Shown here: in pieces, positions 20,923 to 30,317 of the stretch
Position numbering within the stretch: position 1 is the stretch's first letter
Layout: each line of letters begins with the position of its first letter
NCBI GenBank assembly: GCA_963810095.1
Contig: CAWEMM010000006.1
Location: forward strand, 1,184,001 to 1,248,000
Source of the DNA: an uncultured Chloroflexia bacterium
Lineage (GTDB): Bacteria; Chloroflexota; Anaerolineae; CG2-30-64-16
Reading direction: 5' to 3'
DNA length: 64,000 nt
The notes under the pieces: model-generated
Told to the model about the DNA's origin: nothing
The model's database searches: none
Seen by the model: only the letters and a program-made list of their open reading frames with translations
Program-made: the position numbers and the translations under genes

Positions 20923-21648
20923 TCAAAATGCCACCCCTAACAGGCTCAGCACGATCACGATCAGCGGTGCGATGAACACCGCAGGCAGCAAGTTCGCGGC
21001 CCGAATGCGCTTGATGTCGAGCAGCAGAAATGCGATGCTCAGGATTACGACACCGCCCGTGGCAGTCATCTCTACCACCCACGGCGTCGTGCGCGTGACG
21101 CCGCCCAGCGCGGCGCCGAATGAACCGGCGGCGAGGCTGAGCGCACCCTGGTACACGAGCACGGTTGCCGCCGATAGGATCACCCCCGCGCCCAGGCTGG
21201 CCGCCAGCGCCATCGCGGCAAAGGCATCCATCAGCGACTTGACCGCAAGCAGCGTATAGTCGCCCATCAGCCCGTCCTGGATCGAGCCGAGGATCGTCAG
21301 CGGCCCAACGCAAAAGACGAGGCTGGCCGTGATAAACCCCTGCGCAAACGTGCCCTGGTTACCCCCGAACAGCCCGCCCAGCCGCAGCTCGCTCCACCGC
21401 CCAAATCGCTCTAACGCATCTTCGATGCGCAATAGTTCCCCGAGGATGCCGCCGATCAGGATGCTGAACAGCGGGATCAGGATGTTCTTCGTGGTGATGG
21501 CCATGGTCACGCCGATGGTCAGCGTAATCAAGCCCAGGCCCTGCAGCACGGTGATGCGCATCTTCTCGGGCAGGCGATTGCCGAGCACGGTGCCCGCCAG
21601 TCCGCCGGCGACGACCGCGCCGACGTTGATAATGGTTCCGGTAATCAT
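20923..21648 (-). CDS. DUF554 family membrane protein
   Basis: GTIINVGAVVAG, FCVGPLTILGSIQDGL, KSLMD, YQGAL. Confidence 0.88.
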   Translation of the reverse strand: MITGTIINVGAVVAGGLAGTVLGNRLPEKMRITVLQGLGLITLTIGVTMAITTKNILIPLFSILIGGILGELLRIEDALERFGRWSELRLGGLFGGNQGTFAQGFITASLVFCVGPLTILGSIQDGLMGDYTLLAVKSLMDAFAAMALAASLGAGVILSAATVLVYQGALSLAAGSFGAALGGVTRTTPWVVEMTATGGVVILSIAFLLLDIKRIRAANLLPAVFIAPLIVIVLSLLGVAF

Positions 21649-21868
21649 GCGTTGCTTTCTACTGGCCGGCTTCTCGTTGCAGCGGCGAACCCGGGCGCTT
21701 GCTTCGGCCGGCTACATCCGGCCCGCGGGCGGCGCTCCGCCGATCTGTTCTAAGACAAAAAGCATAGCATGGTTCTCAAATGGGGGCAAGCGCGTTTTTT
21801 GGGCCCAAGGTTGACGCCTGTGGAGAAACGGTGTACAAATACGCTACTTCTCCAACACAAGAGGCATC

Positions 21869-22468
21869 ATGCGCGACGCCGTTCTGGCCTTCGCTAAGCG
21901 ATTCGATTTCGATGAACCGCACTCGCTGCAGGACGAGCGGCTCGCCCTGCTTCTCTTTGACGAGACCGCCCGCCTGGGTCTGCACCATATGGACCAGGTC
22001 CCGCTGGACGGAGAAAAGGCCCTGACCCCCCGGCAGATCCTTTCGTGTGCCGCGCTCCTGCATGATATCGGCTACGTCGAGGGTTACGAGAACCACCACA
22101 AGACCTCTTTCAAGCTCATTACCGGGGAGAAGATCGCGGGCCTGACGAAACACGACCGCCTGCTCGTCGCATTCGTCGCGCGCTACCACCGCGGCGCGAC
22201 GGCCGATCCGGAGAAACACGAAGCCTACGCGGCGCTCTCACCCGAGGATCAACGCATGGTCGCACGGCTCGGCGCGATCCTGCGCTTCGCCGACGGCCTC
22301 GACCGCAGCCATTCAGATGCCGTGCAGGGTATCCGGCTTTCCCTCGAAGGCAACCGGCTGACGGCCGCGCTCGAGCCGGGCCTGGGCGATGACGAGGAGC
22401 GGCTGGCGGGCCAGAAGAAGGCCCACTGGTTCGAGACCCAGTTCAAGGTGCGCGTGGAATTGAGGTAA
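21869..22468 (+). CDS. Stand-alone HD domain resembling the Ppx/GppA C-terminal domain
   Basis: AALLHDIG...HHK, ARYHR, ILRFADGLDRSH. Confidence 0.8.
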   Translation: MRDAVLAFAKRFDFDEPHSLQDERLALLLFDETARLGLHHMDQVPLDGEKALTPRQILSCAALLHDIGYVEGYENHHKTSFKLITGEKIAGLTKHDRLLVAFVARYHRGATADPEKHEAYAALSPEDQRMVARLGAILRFADGLDRSHSDAVQGIRLSLEGNRLTAALEPGLGDDEERLAGQKKAHWFETQFKVRVELR

Positions 22469-22821
22469 GTGCAAGCACAGCTAAATTGCAGGCTGGCCGT
22501 GCGAGCCACGTCATGCTCTTTGGAGCGAGCCACCTGCCTCTTGACTGTTAGGCCCCTCACCGTGCCGTGCGCGGCCATAATCGCTTCTCACACAACGGCC
22601 GCTGAATACACGCAGGGTTCCTGCCGCCCCTGCCTCATCCCCCATGCGGTGCGTAGCCGGGCGAACGCGTCCCCACAGCGTTCCCTTTGGGGTTCCAAGG
22701 GGCGTAGCCCCTGGTCGGGGGCGGCGGGGGCAAGAGCGCCCCCGCCAAACAGCCTGTGGTTACTCTCAGATTCTGACAACACGGTAATGGGCACCCCGCG
22801 CATCCACCGCCGTGTTGCCAT

Positions 22822-24603
22822 TTACTGAGTCACGTAATCCGAGTAACCCCCCACAATCTCGCGGGCGGTTCCCCCTTCGAGCACCACCACCCGGTCCACA
22901 ATGCGGTCGAGAAAGTAGCGGTCGTGGGAGATGACCAGGACCGTGCCGTTGAACTCCTCCAGCGCGGCCTCCAACACCTCCGACGACGGGATGTCGAGGT
23001 TGTTCGTCGGCTCGTCGAGCATCAGGAAGTTGACGTCCGAAAGCATCAGCTTCGCGAGCTGCAGCCGGCTGCGCTCGCCGCCGCTCAGGTGGTGAACCTG
23101 CTTCTGCGCGGCGTAGTAGTCGAACAGGAAGCGCTGCAGGATCGCGACGGCGTCGGTCTCGTACATCGGCTTTGCGTCGCGAATTTCCTGCACCAGCGTC
23201 CAGTCGGGGTGCAGGGTCTCGTGCTGCTGCGCGTAGTACCCGATCTTCACGCTCGGTCCCAGCTTGATCACGCCACCGTCCGGCTGCTCGAAGAGCGACC
23301 GCCCCCCTGCTCCCGATTCGGCAGAGGCTGACGCGCCCGGCGCATTGCCGTTTGCGACCGCTGCCGGCAAGTTACCCGCGGTCAGGGCCTCGCCCAGGAT
23401 GCAGCGGAACAGCACGGATTTGCCGGCCCCGTTCGGCCCGACCAGGCCGACGCGCTCGCCATGCCATGCCTGGAAGCTGACCCCCTCCAGGACGACGCGC
23501 AGGTCGCCCGTCGCGGGGTCCTCGAACCACTTGTCCACCCGCTGCACGTCGAGCACCTTGTTGCTGCCGCGCCAGCCGCCCAGCTCCAGCCGCATCCGGC
23601 TGCCCTCCTGCGGCCGCTCGATCTTGTCCATCCGCTCGAGCATCTTGTGCCGGCTGCGCGCCTGCCGGGCATGCCGCTCGTCCTGCGTGAACGCCGCGGC
23701 CTCCTCGAAACGCTTGATCGCCGCTTCGATCTGCGTCACGCGTTTCTGCTGGGCCCGGTAAAGCTGCTCCTGGCGCAGCATCGCCAGCTGCTTGTTCACC
23801 GCATAATTCGAGTAGGTGCCGGGCCAGACCTTGATCTGCCCGCGTTCCAGTTCGGCGATGGTGGTGACCGTTTCGTCCAGCAAGTAACGATCGTGCGACA
23901 CGATCACGACCGCCCCGCCGTAGCCGCAAACCAGCTTTTCGACGCGCTCCTTGCCCTCCAGATCCAGGTGATTATCCGGCTCGTCGAGCAGGAGCAGGTC
24001 GGGCGACCACACGATGAGCCGCGCCAGGCCTACCAACTTGGCTTGCCCGCCGCTCAGTACGTCGACAGGCTGCTCGAACGTCTCGTCGCCCAGTCCAAGC
24101 TCGCGCAGGGTCGACCGCACCCGATTCTCGTACGTCAGGCCGCCGGCCGCTTCGTAGGCGTGCAACAGCCGGGCGTGCTCTTCCATCACCCGCGCAAGCC
24201 GCCGCTCGTTTCCGAAGACGCTCGGGTCGCCCATCTGCCCTTCCGCAATCGCCAGCGTGTGGCGCAGCAGCGCAATTTCCGGCGAGCCCGACAGCGCCGC
24301 TTCCAGCACGGTGAGCGCGAGCGTGCCGTTGCCTGTGGCCTGCGCCGCCTGCCCCGCCAAGGCCTCGACCGTGACTTCCTGGGGCAGATAACCCACGGTC
24401 AGGCCCTTTTGCTTGGAGATCGTGCCCGAGTCGGGCTGGAGCAGGCCGAGGATCAGCTTGAGCAGCGTCGACTTGCCGCCGCCATTCGGCCCGACGAGGC
24501 CGGTCTTTTGCCCGGCCTGGATTTCCCAGTTCAGCCCGACCAGGACGGGGGTGTCGAAGTAAGTATGGTGCACGTCGTTCAGGTTGACGATAATCGGTGC
24601 CAT
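22822..24603 (-). CDS. ABC-F family ATPase (ribosome-associated)
   Basis: Two NBDs (GPNGGGKST/LSGGQ/LDEPDNHLD; GPNGAGKS/LSGGE/LDEPTNNLD), helical linker, no TM segments. Confidence 0.93.
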   Translation of the reverse strand: MAPIIVNLNDVHHTYFDTPVLVGLNWEIQAGQKTGLVGPNGGGKSTLLKLILGLLQPDSGTISKQKGLTVGYLPQEVTVEALAGQAAQATGNGTLALTVLEAALSGSPEIALLRHTLAIAEGQMGDPSVFGNERRLARVMEEHARLLHAYEAAGGLTYENRVRSTLRELGLGDETFEQPVDVLSGGQAKLVGLARLIVWSPDLLLLDEPDNHLDLEGKERVEKLVCGYGGAVVIVSHDRYLLDETVTTIAELERGQIKVWPGTYSNYAVNKQLAMLRQEQLYRAQQKRVTQIEAAIKRFEEAAAFTQDERHARQARSRHKMLERMDKIERPQEGSRMRLELGGWRGSNKVLDVQRVDKWFEDPATGDLRVVLEGVSFQAWHGERVGLVGPNGAGKSVLFRCILGEALTAGNLPAAVANGNAPGASASAESGAGGRSLFEQPDGGVIKLGPSVKIGYYAQQHETLHPDWTLVQEIRDAKPMYETDAVAILQRFLFDYYAAQKQVHHLSGGERSRLQLAKLMLSDVNFLMLDEPTNNLDIPSSEVLEAALEEFNGTVLVISHDRYFLDRIVDRVVVLEGGTAREIVGGYSDYVTQ

Positions 24604-24653
24604 TGCGTTTGCCTCGCCTCGCCGGTTGCCCTGGCGCCCGGCGCCAAGCCGGG

Positions 24654-24688
24654 AAATAAAAAGACCGTGAGCATCAGCGCCCACGGTC
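24654..24688 (-). terminator. Attenuator terminator in the ABC-F leader
   Basis: Minus strand GACCGTGGGC-GCTGAT-GCTCACGGTC followed by TTTTTATTT, about 50 nt upstream of the ABC-F start. Confidence 0.8.
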
Positions 24689-24727
24689 AGAAGTTGACGT
24701 AATCTCAAGTCTCTTGGGCGCGCTGAA

Positions 24728-24799
24728 CTAGGGCTGCACCCCCCAAGACGAGATGCGAGGCAGGTAAAGAATCGAGCGACCCGTACTCACGAAAAGCAT
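24728..24799 (-). CDS. Putative leaderless leader peptide (23 aa) MLFVSTGRSILYLPRISSWGVQP
   Basis: ATG begins 6 nt after the -10 box; the ORF ends just before the antiterminator/terminator sequences. Confidence 0.6.
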   Translation of the reverse strand: MLFVSTGRSILYLPRISSWGVQP

Positions 24800-24805
24800 G
24801 TTTGG

Positions 24806-24834
24806 AGTATACTGGGGGCCGAACCTCTTGTCAA
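24806..24834 (-). promoter_or_regulatory. sigma70 promoter of the ABC-F leader
   Basis: Minus strand TTGACA, 17-nt spacer, TATACT. Confidence 0.8.
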
Positions 24835-24854
24835 GCCGAAAGACGATCAGTTCC

Positions 24855-25503
24855 ATGCCAACTGTTGACTATTCCTTTCTCATCAACCGGCTTCGCGACG
24901 CGCTGGCGCGTCCGCTCCCGGGGCTGTCCGCACAATTGGGCATGTCTCCGCAGCCCCGACCGGGCGCGGAGCGCATCTTCGACCCACTGCTGGACTGCCG
25001 CCGCGCGGCCGTCCTGGTGCTGTTTTACCCGTGTGACGGCGACATGTGCCTCGTGCTCACCCGCCGTACCGAGCGACTGGAAAGCCACAGCGGCCAGATT
25101 TCCTTCCCCGGCGGCAGCATGGACCCGGGCGAAGACGCCGATCGCGGCGGCCAAGCGCGAGGCGCAGGAAGAGTTGGGGGTGCAGCCCAGCCGCGGTCGA
25201 GGTGCTTGGGCAATTGTCGCCCTTGTTCATCCCCCCCAGCGGCTTCTGCGTTTATCCCGTCGTCGCCTGGGCGCCGGTCGCCCCCACTTTCACTCCGAGC
25301 GAAGAAGAAGTGGCAGAGGTGCTCCAGGTGCCCGTGCGCCACCTGCTGCTGCCCGCCACCCGGTGTGAGGAGATGTGGGACCTGCGCGGGCGCGCGTGCG
25401 CGTGCCCTACTATGCGGTCGGAACGCACAAGGTGTGGGGTGCGACCGCCATGGTGCTCTGCGAATTGCTTGGGCTGCTCAGCGATTTGGGCGACGCTTAC
25501 TAA
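24855..25503 (+). CDS. Nudix hydrolase, CoA pyrophosphatase type (frameshifted)
   Basis: AAVLV, LTRR...HSGQISFPGG, AAKREAQEELG, KVWGATAMVL, spread across three frames. Confidence 0.85.
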
Positions 25504-25530
25504 GGTGAATCTGTTGGACCATGACGCTCG

Positions 25531-25642
25531 GCATCCTTCGACTGCGGGCGCTCCTGCGGACCGCCCTCCGCTCAGGGTGCCTGCGCTTAAAGCATCCTGA
25601 GCGGAGGCGCCAGCGCAGCTGGCGTGCCGCAGTCGAAGGATG
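25531..25642. repeat. REP doublet, family C (intergenic)
   Basis: GCATCCTTCGACTGCG..hairpin..CTCCGCTCAGGGTGC plus inverted GCATCCTGAGCGGAG..hairpin..CGCAGTCGAAGGATG. Confidence 0.75.
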
Positions 25643-25670
25643 TGACCCGACAGAATCAGTGTGTTTCCAC

Positions 25671-25764
25671 CTAAACGAATCGCATCGTGGAACTGCGACC
25701 TCGAGACCTCGCGGTTTCGGAGACCCCGAAGGTCTGCCGCAAGTTCATGCGGCGTTTGGTTTAG
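25671..25764. repeat. REP/MITE-like element, family A, complete copy
   Basis: CTAAAC...GTTTAG ends with central AGACCTCGCGGTTTCGGAGACCCCGAAGGTCT palindrome. Confidence 0.75.
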
Positions 25765-26889
25765 TCACCTGAACGCCACACAAACCGGCGCGGGCACCTG
25801 AGCGGATTGTCCGGTCCACTCGGGCACGCCGCTCGCCGGGTCAACACGAAACGTCGTCAGCGTGTCGCTCTTCTGATTTGCCACAACCAGCCACTGGCCG
25901 CTGGGGTCAAGCGCAAAGTGACGTGGGAACGAGCCGCCGGTGGGGCACTGGGCGACAAGTGTGACCGTCCCCGACTCGTCGTCCACTCGGAAGACCGTGA
26001 TCGCGTCGTACCCCCGATTCCCCGCGTAAATGAAGCGCCCGTCGGCCGACACGGCGACCTCGGAGGCCGTGTTTTCGCCCTCCCACCCGGCCGGCAGCAG
26101 GGCCAGCGCGTTTGGCTCGCGCAGCAATCCCTCATTCGCGTCGTACACGTAGACGAGCAGGGTGGAATTGAGCTCGCCGGTGACGTAAAGCCAGCGGCCC
26201 GACGGGTGAAACGCGAGGTGGCGCGGGCCGGTGCCCGGGAACACGTCGTACACGTTGACCGGCTCCGCGCTGATCCGGCCGTTCGAGGGATCGAGCGCAT
26301 ACTGGTAGATGCGGTCCGCGCCGAGGTCAGCCGCGAAGGCGAAGCGGTTGTTGTGGTCGGGGATGATGCAGTGGGCGTGCGGCGCGTCCTGGCGGTCGGC
26401 CACGGGTCCCGGGCCCTCATGCGGCATTGAGTGTGCGACTACCTGCGAAGGCGCGTCCAGCAAGCCGCCCGCGGATATGGGCAGGCTAGCCACGCTGCCC
26501 CCCACGTAGTTCGCCACCAACGCCACCCGGGCCGTCGCGTCAGTCGTGACGTAGGCCGGTCCTGCGCCCCCGCTCGACTCTTGGCTAAGGGCGCTCAAGT
26601 CCCCCGTCGCCGGGTCGATGGCCAGCGCCGCCACCACCCCGCCGGGCTCGCCGTCGTGCTCGCCCACCTCCGAGAGCGTGTAGACCCGGTCGCCCCGCAC
26701 GACGAGGAAGGTCGGGTTCGTCATCCGTGCGGCCACACCCTCCACCCGCACCGCGCCGCTGGCGGGCAGCAAAACCGCCCGGTAAATGCCCTCACCGGTC
26801 AGGCCCTGGGGCGAAGGCTGATTCGTGTAGGTCCCGACGTACAGCGTCAGAACCTGCTCTGGCAGGGCTTGTTCCTGGTCCCGCTCCAT
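25765..26889 (-). CDS. pgl: 6-phosphogluconolactonase (7-bladed lactonase family)
   Basis: YVGTYT, ANYVGGS, PHAH, DLGAD, GPRH, NRG, PRHF. Confidence 0.85.
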   Translation of the reverse strand: MERDQEQALPEQVLTLYVGTYTNQPSPQGLTGEGIYRAVLLPASGAVRVEGVAARMTNPTFLVVRGDRVYTLSEVGEHDGEPGGVVAALAIDPATGDLSALSQESSGGAGPAYVTTDATARVALVANYVGGSVASLPISAGGLLDAPSQVVAHSMPHEGPGPVADRQDAPHAHCIIPDHNNRFAFAADLGADRIYQYALDPSNGRISAEPVNVYDVFPGTGPRHLAFHPSGRWLYVTGELNSTLLVYVYDANEGLLREPNALALLPAGWEGENTASEVAVSADGRFIYAGNRGYDAITVFRVDDESGTVTLVAQCPTGGSFPRHFALDPSGQWLVVANQKSDTLTTFRVDPASGVPEWTGQSAQVPAPVCVAFR

Positions 26890-27050
26890 GCGTCACGCGT
26901 CCTTTCACTCCTACGAATCCCATTCTGATGTTAGCATGGGCGGCGGCGCCGGCGTCGTCATCTGTCTTCCCAAGAAAGCTCGTGGGCCATGATATAATCC
27001 GGCTCACCACGTTCCATCTGGCATATGAACACGATTTCGGAGATTCTGCG

Positions 27051-28219
27051 ATGCAATATCGACAGTTCGGCCGGCTCGACTGGCGCGCCTCCGCGCTCGG
27101 TTTTGGCGCGATGCGCCTGCCGGTCACCGACGGTGACACGAAACAGATTGACGAGGGGGCCACGGTTGCCCTGATCCGCCGGGCCATCGACGAGGGCGTC
27201 AACTACATCGACACGGCCTACCCATACCATGGGGGCGCCAGCGAGCCACTGGTTGGCCGTGCGCTCCAGCACGGGTACCGCGGCCGCGTCAAGCTGGCGA
27301 CCAAGATGCCGTGCTGGCTGGTGAAAGAGCCGGGCGATTTCGACCGGTATCTGGACGAGCAGCGCAGCCGGCTGGACACCCCGGTCGTCGACTTCTACCT
27401 CCTGCACGCGCTCGATGCCGGACGCTGGCACACGATCCGCGACCTCGGCGTGTTGGACTGGGCCGAGAAGGCGCGGGCCGACGGCCGCATCGGGCACCTC
27501 GGTTTCTCGTTCCACGACACCTACGACGCCTTCCAGGAGATCGTCGACGCGTATGACGGCTGGGACTTCTGCCAGATTCAGTACAACTACCTGGACGAGG
27601 AGTACCAGGCAGGGACGCGCGGACTGGCGTACGCGGCGGGCAAGGGGCTCGCGGTGATCGTCATGGAGCCGCTGCGCGGTGGGCTGCTGGCGGGGCGCGC
27701 CGGCCAGCGGGTCGGTCAGGGGCTGCCGCCCAGCATCCAGGCGCTCTGGGACTCAGGGCCCGTGTGCCGGAGCCCGGCCGAGTGGGCTTTCCAGTGGCTG
27801 TGGGATAAGGGCGAAGTCTCGCATGGTATTGAGCGGCATGAGCACGCCGGAGCAGGTGGCGGAGAATGTCGCCGAGCGCGAGCCGGTCGCGGGTGGGCGG
27901 GCTGACCGCCGAAGAGCTGGCCCTCGTGGCTCGCGTGCGCGACGAGTACAAGCGGCTGATGCCGATCCCGTGCACCGAGTGCAAATACTGCCAGCCATGC
28001 CCGAATGGCGTGAACATTCCGACGATCTTCGGCTTCTATAACGAGGCGATCATGTTCAACGCGATCGGGTACGGACAGTATGCGTATCAGAACTGGATGC
28101 CGGAAGATCAGCGTGCGGATAAGTGCCTCGAGTGCGGCGAGTGCGAGGCGCAGTGCCCGCAGCATATCCAGATCATCGAGTGGCTGCAGAAGGCCGGCAG
28201 TAGTCTCTCAGGAAGCTAA
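27051..28219 (+). CDS. Aldo/keto reductase with C-terminal 4Fe-4S dicluster domain (frameshifts near 27810-27890)
   Basis: LGFGAMRLP, DTAYPY, GFSFH, QIQYNY, MEPLRGG; CTECKYCQPCP and CLECGECEAQCPQ. Confidence 0.88.
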
Positions 28220-28270
28220 ACTAACCCGAAAATGGACACTGCACCCCGCGCTGCCGGACAACGCGGGATG

Positions 28271-28367
28271 AAATGGGACACTGATTGGACGGATTCGACT
28301 GATTATCAAGATCTCTGCCCAACGGACAGTGCAGATCAGTTCAATCAGTTGCATCAGCGTCCCATTT
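28271..28367. repeat. ~97-bp MITE-like element, family B, copy 3
   Basis: AAATGGGACACTGAT...ATCAGCGTCCCATTT. Confidence 0.75.
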
Positions 28368-28379
28368 TAGATCAGACAC

Positions 28380-30068
28380 TCACCCCACGCTGCCGGCGCG
28401 CATGTGCTTGTACGCATTGATCAGCCCATTCGTCGACGAGTCGTGCGAATGGACCGGCGCGTCATTCGTCAGTTCGGGCACGATGGCCTTCGCCAGTTGC
28501 TTTCCCAGCTCCACGCCCCACTGGTCGAACGAGTTGATATCCCACACCGCGCCCTGCGTGAAAATCTTGTGTTCGTATAGGGCGATCAGCGAACCGAGGA
28601 TCTCCGGCGTGAGCTTCGGATAAAGAAACGAGTTGGTCGGACGGTTGCCGGGGAAGGTTTTCGCCGCCACAAGCGTCTCGAGCGCTGCACCCGTCAGCCC
28701 CGCCTTCGTGACCTCTGCCCGAGCCTCTTCGGCCGTGCGCCCCTTCATCAGCGCCTCGGTCTGGGCGAAGTAGTTCGATAGCAGCAAGGTGTGGTGAGCC
28801 TCGGCGCCCGTTCCCAGCGGATTCTGGCTTTCGGCCGCGGCCAGGAAATCGCACGGGATCAGCTTGGTGCCCTGATGAATCAACTGGTAGAACGCATGCT
28901 GCCCGTTCGTTCCGGGCTGCCCCCAGATGATCGGGCCCGTCTGATAATCCACCCGCTTCCCGTCCCGCGTGACGCCCTTGCCGTTGGACTCCATGTCGCC
29001 CTGCTGGAAATAGGAAGCGAAGTGCATGAGGTACTGGTCGTAGGGCAAGATGGCGTGCGATTGGGCATCCCAAAAATCGTTATACCAGATGCCCAGGAGC
29101 CCCATCACCACCGGCACACTCTGCTCGAAAGGCTGCGTCCGAAACGCCTCGTCGACCCGGTGCGCGCCCGTCAGCAGCGCCTCGAAGTTGTCCATTCCCA
29201 GGAACAGGGCGATCGACAGCCCCACGGCCGACCACAGCGAATAGCGCCCGCCGACCCAGTCCCAGAACTCGAACATGTTGCCCCGGCCGAGCGGGCCCGG
29301 GGTGGTGTCGATGCCGAACGCTGCCACGGCATCGGCGTTCGTCGACATCGCGACGAAGTGCTTCGCGACGGCCCCCGGGTCCTGCGCCGCGTCCAGGAAC
29401 CATTTGCGCGCCGAGTGCGCGTTGGCCATGGTTTCCTGGGTCGTAAACGTCTTGGAGGCCACGAGGAAAAGCACGGTTTCGGGCTTGACCAGCTTGAGGG
29501 TCTCGACAAGATCCGTGCCGTCGACGTTGGACACGAAGTGAACGTGCAAGCCGGGCTGCCCGTAGGGTTTCAGCGCCTCGCACACCATCTTTGGCCCCAG
29601 GTCAGAACCCCCGATGCCGATGTTCACGATATCGGTAATGCGCTGGCCCGTATAGCCCTTCCACTCGCCCGACCGGACGGCTTCGCTAAACGCCCGCATC
29701 TGGGCCAGCACTGTGTTGACGTCCGGCATCACATTCCGGCCGTCCACCAGGATCGGCCGGTTCGAGCGGTTGCGCAGCGCGACGTGCAGGACGGCCCGGT
29801 TCTCGGTGTTGTTATATTTCTGCCCGCCGAACATCGCCTCGATCTTCTGCGCCAGGCCCGCCTGTCGCGCAAGGTCGAACAGCAGGCGCATCGTCTCCTG
29901 CGTCACCCGGTTCTTCGAGTAGTCAAACAGGATCTCGCCCGCCATCAGCGAAAAGCGATCGAACCGCTGCGGGTCCTGAGCGAACAACTCCCGCATGTGA
30001 ACGCCCGATATCGCGCGTTGGTGCTCTTCCAACGCCTTCCAGGCTGGCAAATCAACCGGTCCAGGCAT
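28380..30068 (-). CDS. pgi: Glucose-6-phosphate isomerase
   Basis: [58 protein letters not shown]. Confidence 0.97.
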   Translation of the reverse strand: MPGPVDLPAWKALEEHQRAISGVHMRELFAQDPQRFDRFSLMAGEILFDYSKNRVTQETMRLLFDLARQAGLAQKIEAMFGGQKYNNTENRAVLHVALRNRSNRPILVDGRNVMPDVNTVLAQMRAFSEAVRSGEWKGYTGQRITDIVNIGIGGSDLGPKMVCEALKPYGQPGLHVHFVSNVDGTDLVETLKLVKPETVLFLVASKTFTTQETMANAHSARKWFLDAAQDPGAVAKHFVAMSTNADAVAAFGIDTTPGPLGRGNMFEFWDWVGGRYSLWSAVGLSIALFLGMDNFEALLTGAHRVDEAFRTQPFEQSVPVVMGLLGIWYNDFWDAQSHAILPYDQYLMHFASYFQQGDMESNGKGVTRDGKRVDYQTGPIIWGQPGTNGQHAFYQLIHQGTKLIPCDFLAAAESQNPLGTGAEAHHTLLLSNYFAQTEALMKGRTAEEARAEVTKAGLTGAALETLVAAKTFPGNRPTNSFLYPKLTPEILGSLIALYEHKIFTQGAVWDINSFDQWGVELGKQLAKAIVPELTNDAPVHSHDSSTNGLINAYKHMRAGSVG

Positions 30069-30317
30069 ACATTCCCTCCCCTTGCCGCGAGCCGAAGTGC
30101 TCTGGGCGGCATGCGAAGAATACAGACCATTAAGCAGCGAAAAAACCAAGTTACACCAGGAACAGGTGGGGGCCTGTAATGCGCCTTATGAAAGAGCACT
30201 AACCCCCCAGTCTCGTAAAAACTCAAAAATACTCAAGTATTGACAAGGAAGCGCAACAGCGCGATAGTATCGCCATTGGCGCACCCTGTCACAATCCTCG
30301 GGGTAAGGAGTCCACGG

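Noticed and set aside
22469-22821. Possible ncRNA in the GC-rich gap between convergent genes
   Set aside because: Only short hairpins (GGGGCGTAGCCCC, GGCGGGGGC...GCCCCCGCC) are present; no RNA family recognised and no second copy in the window.
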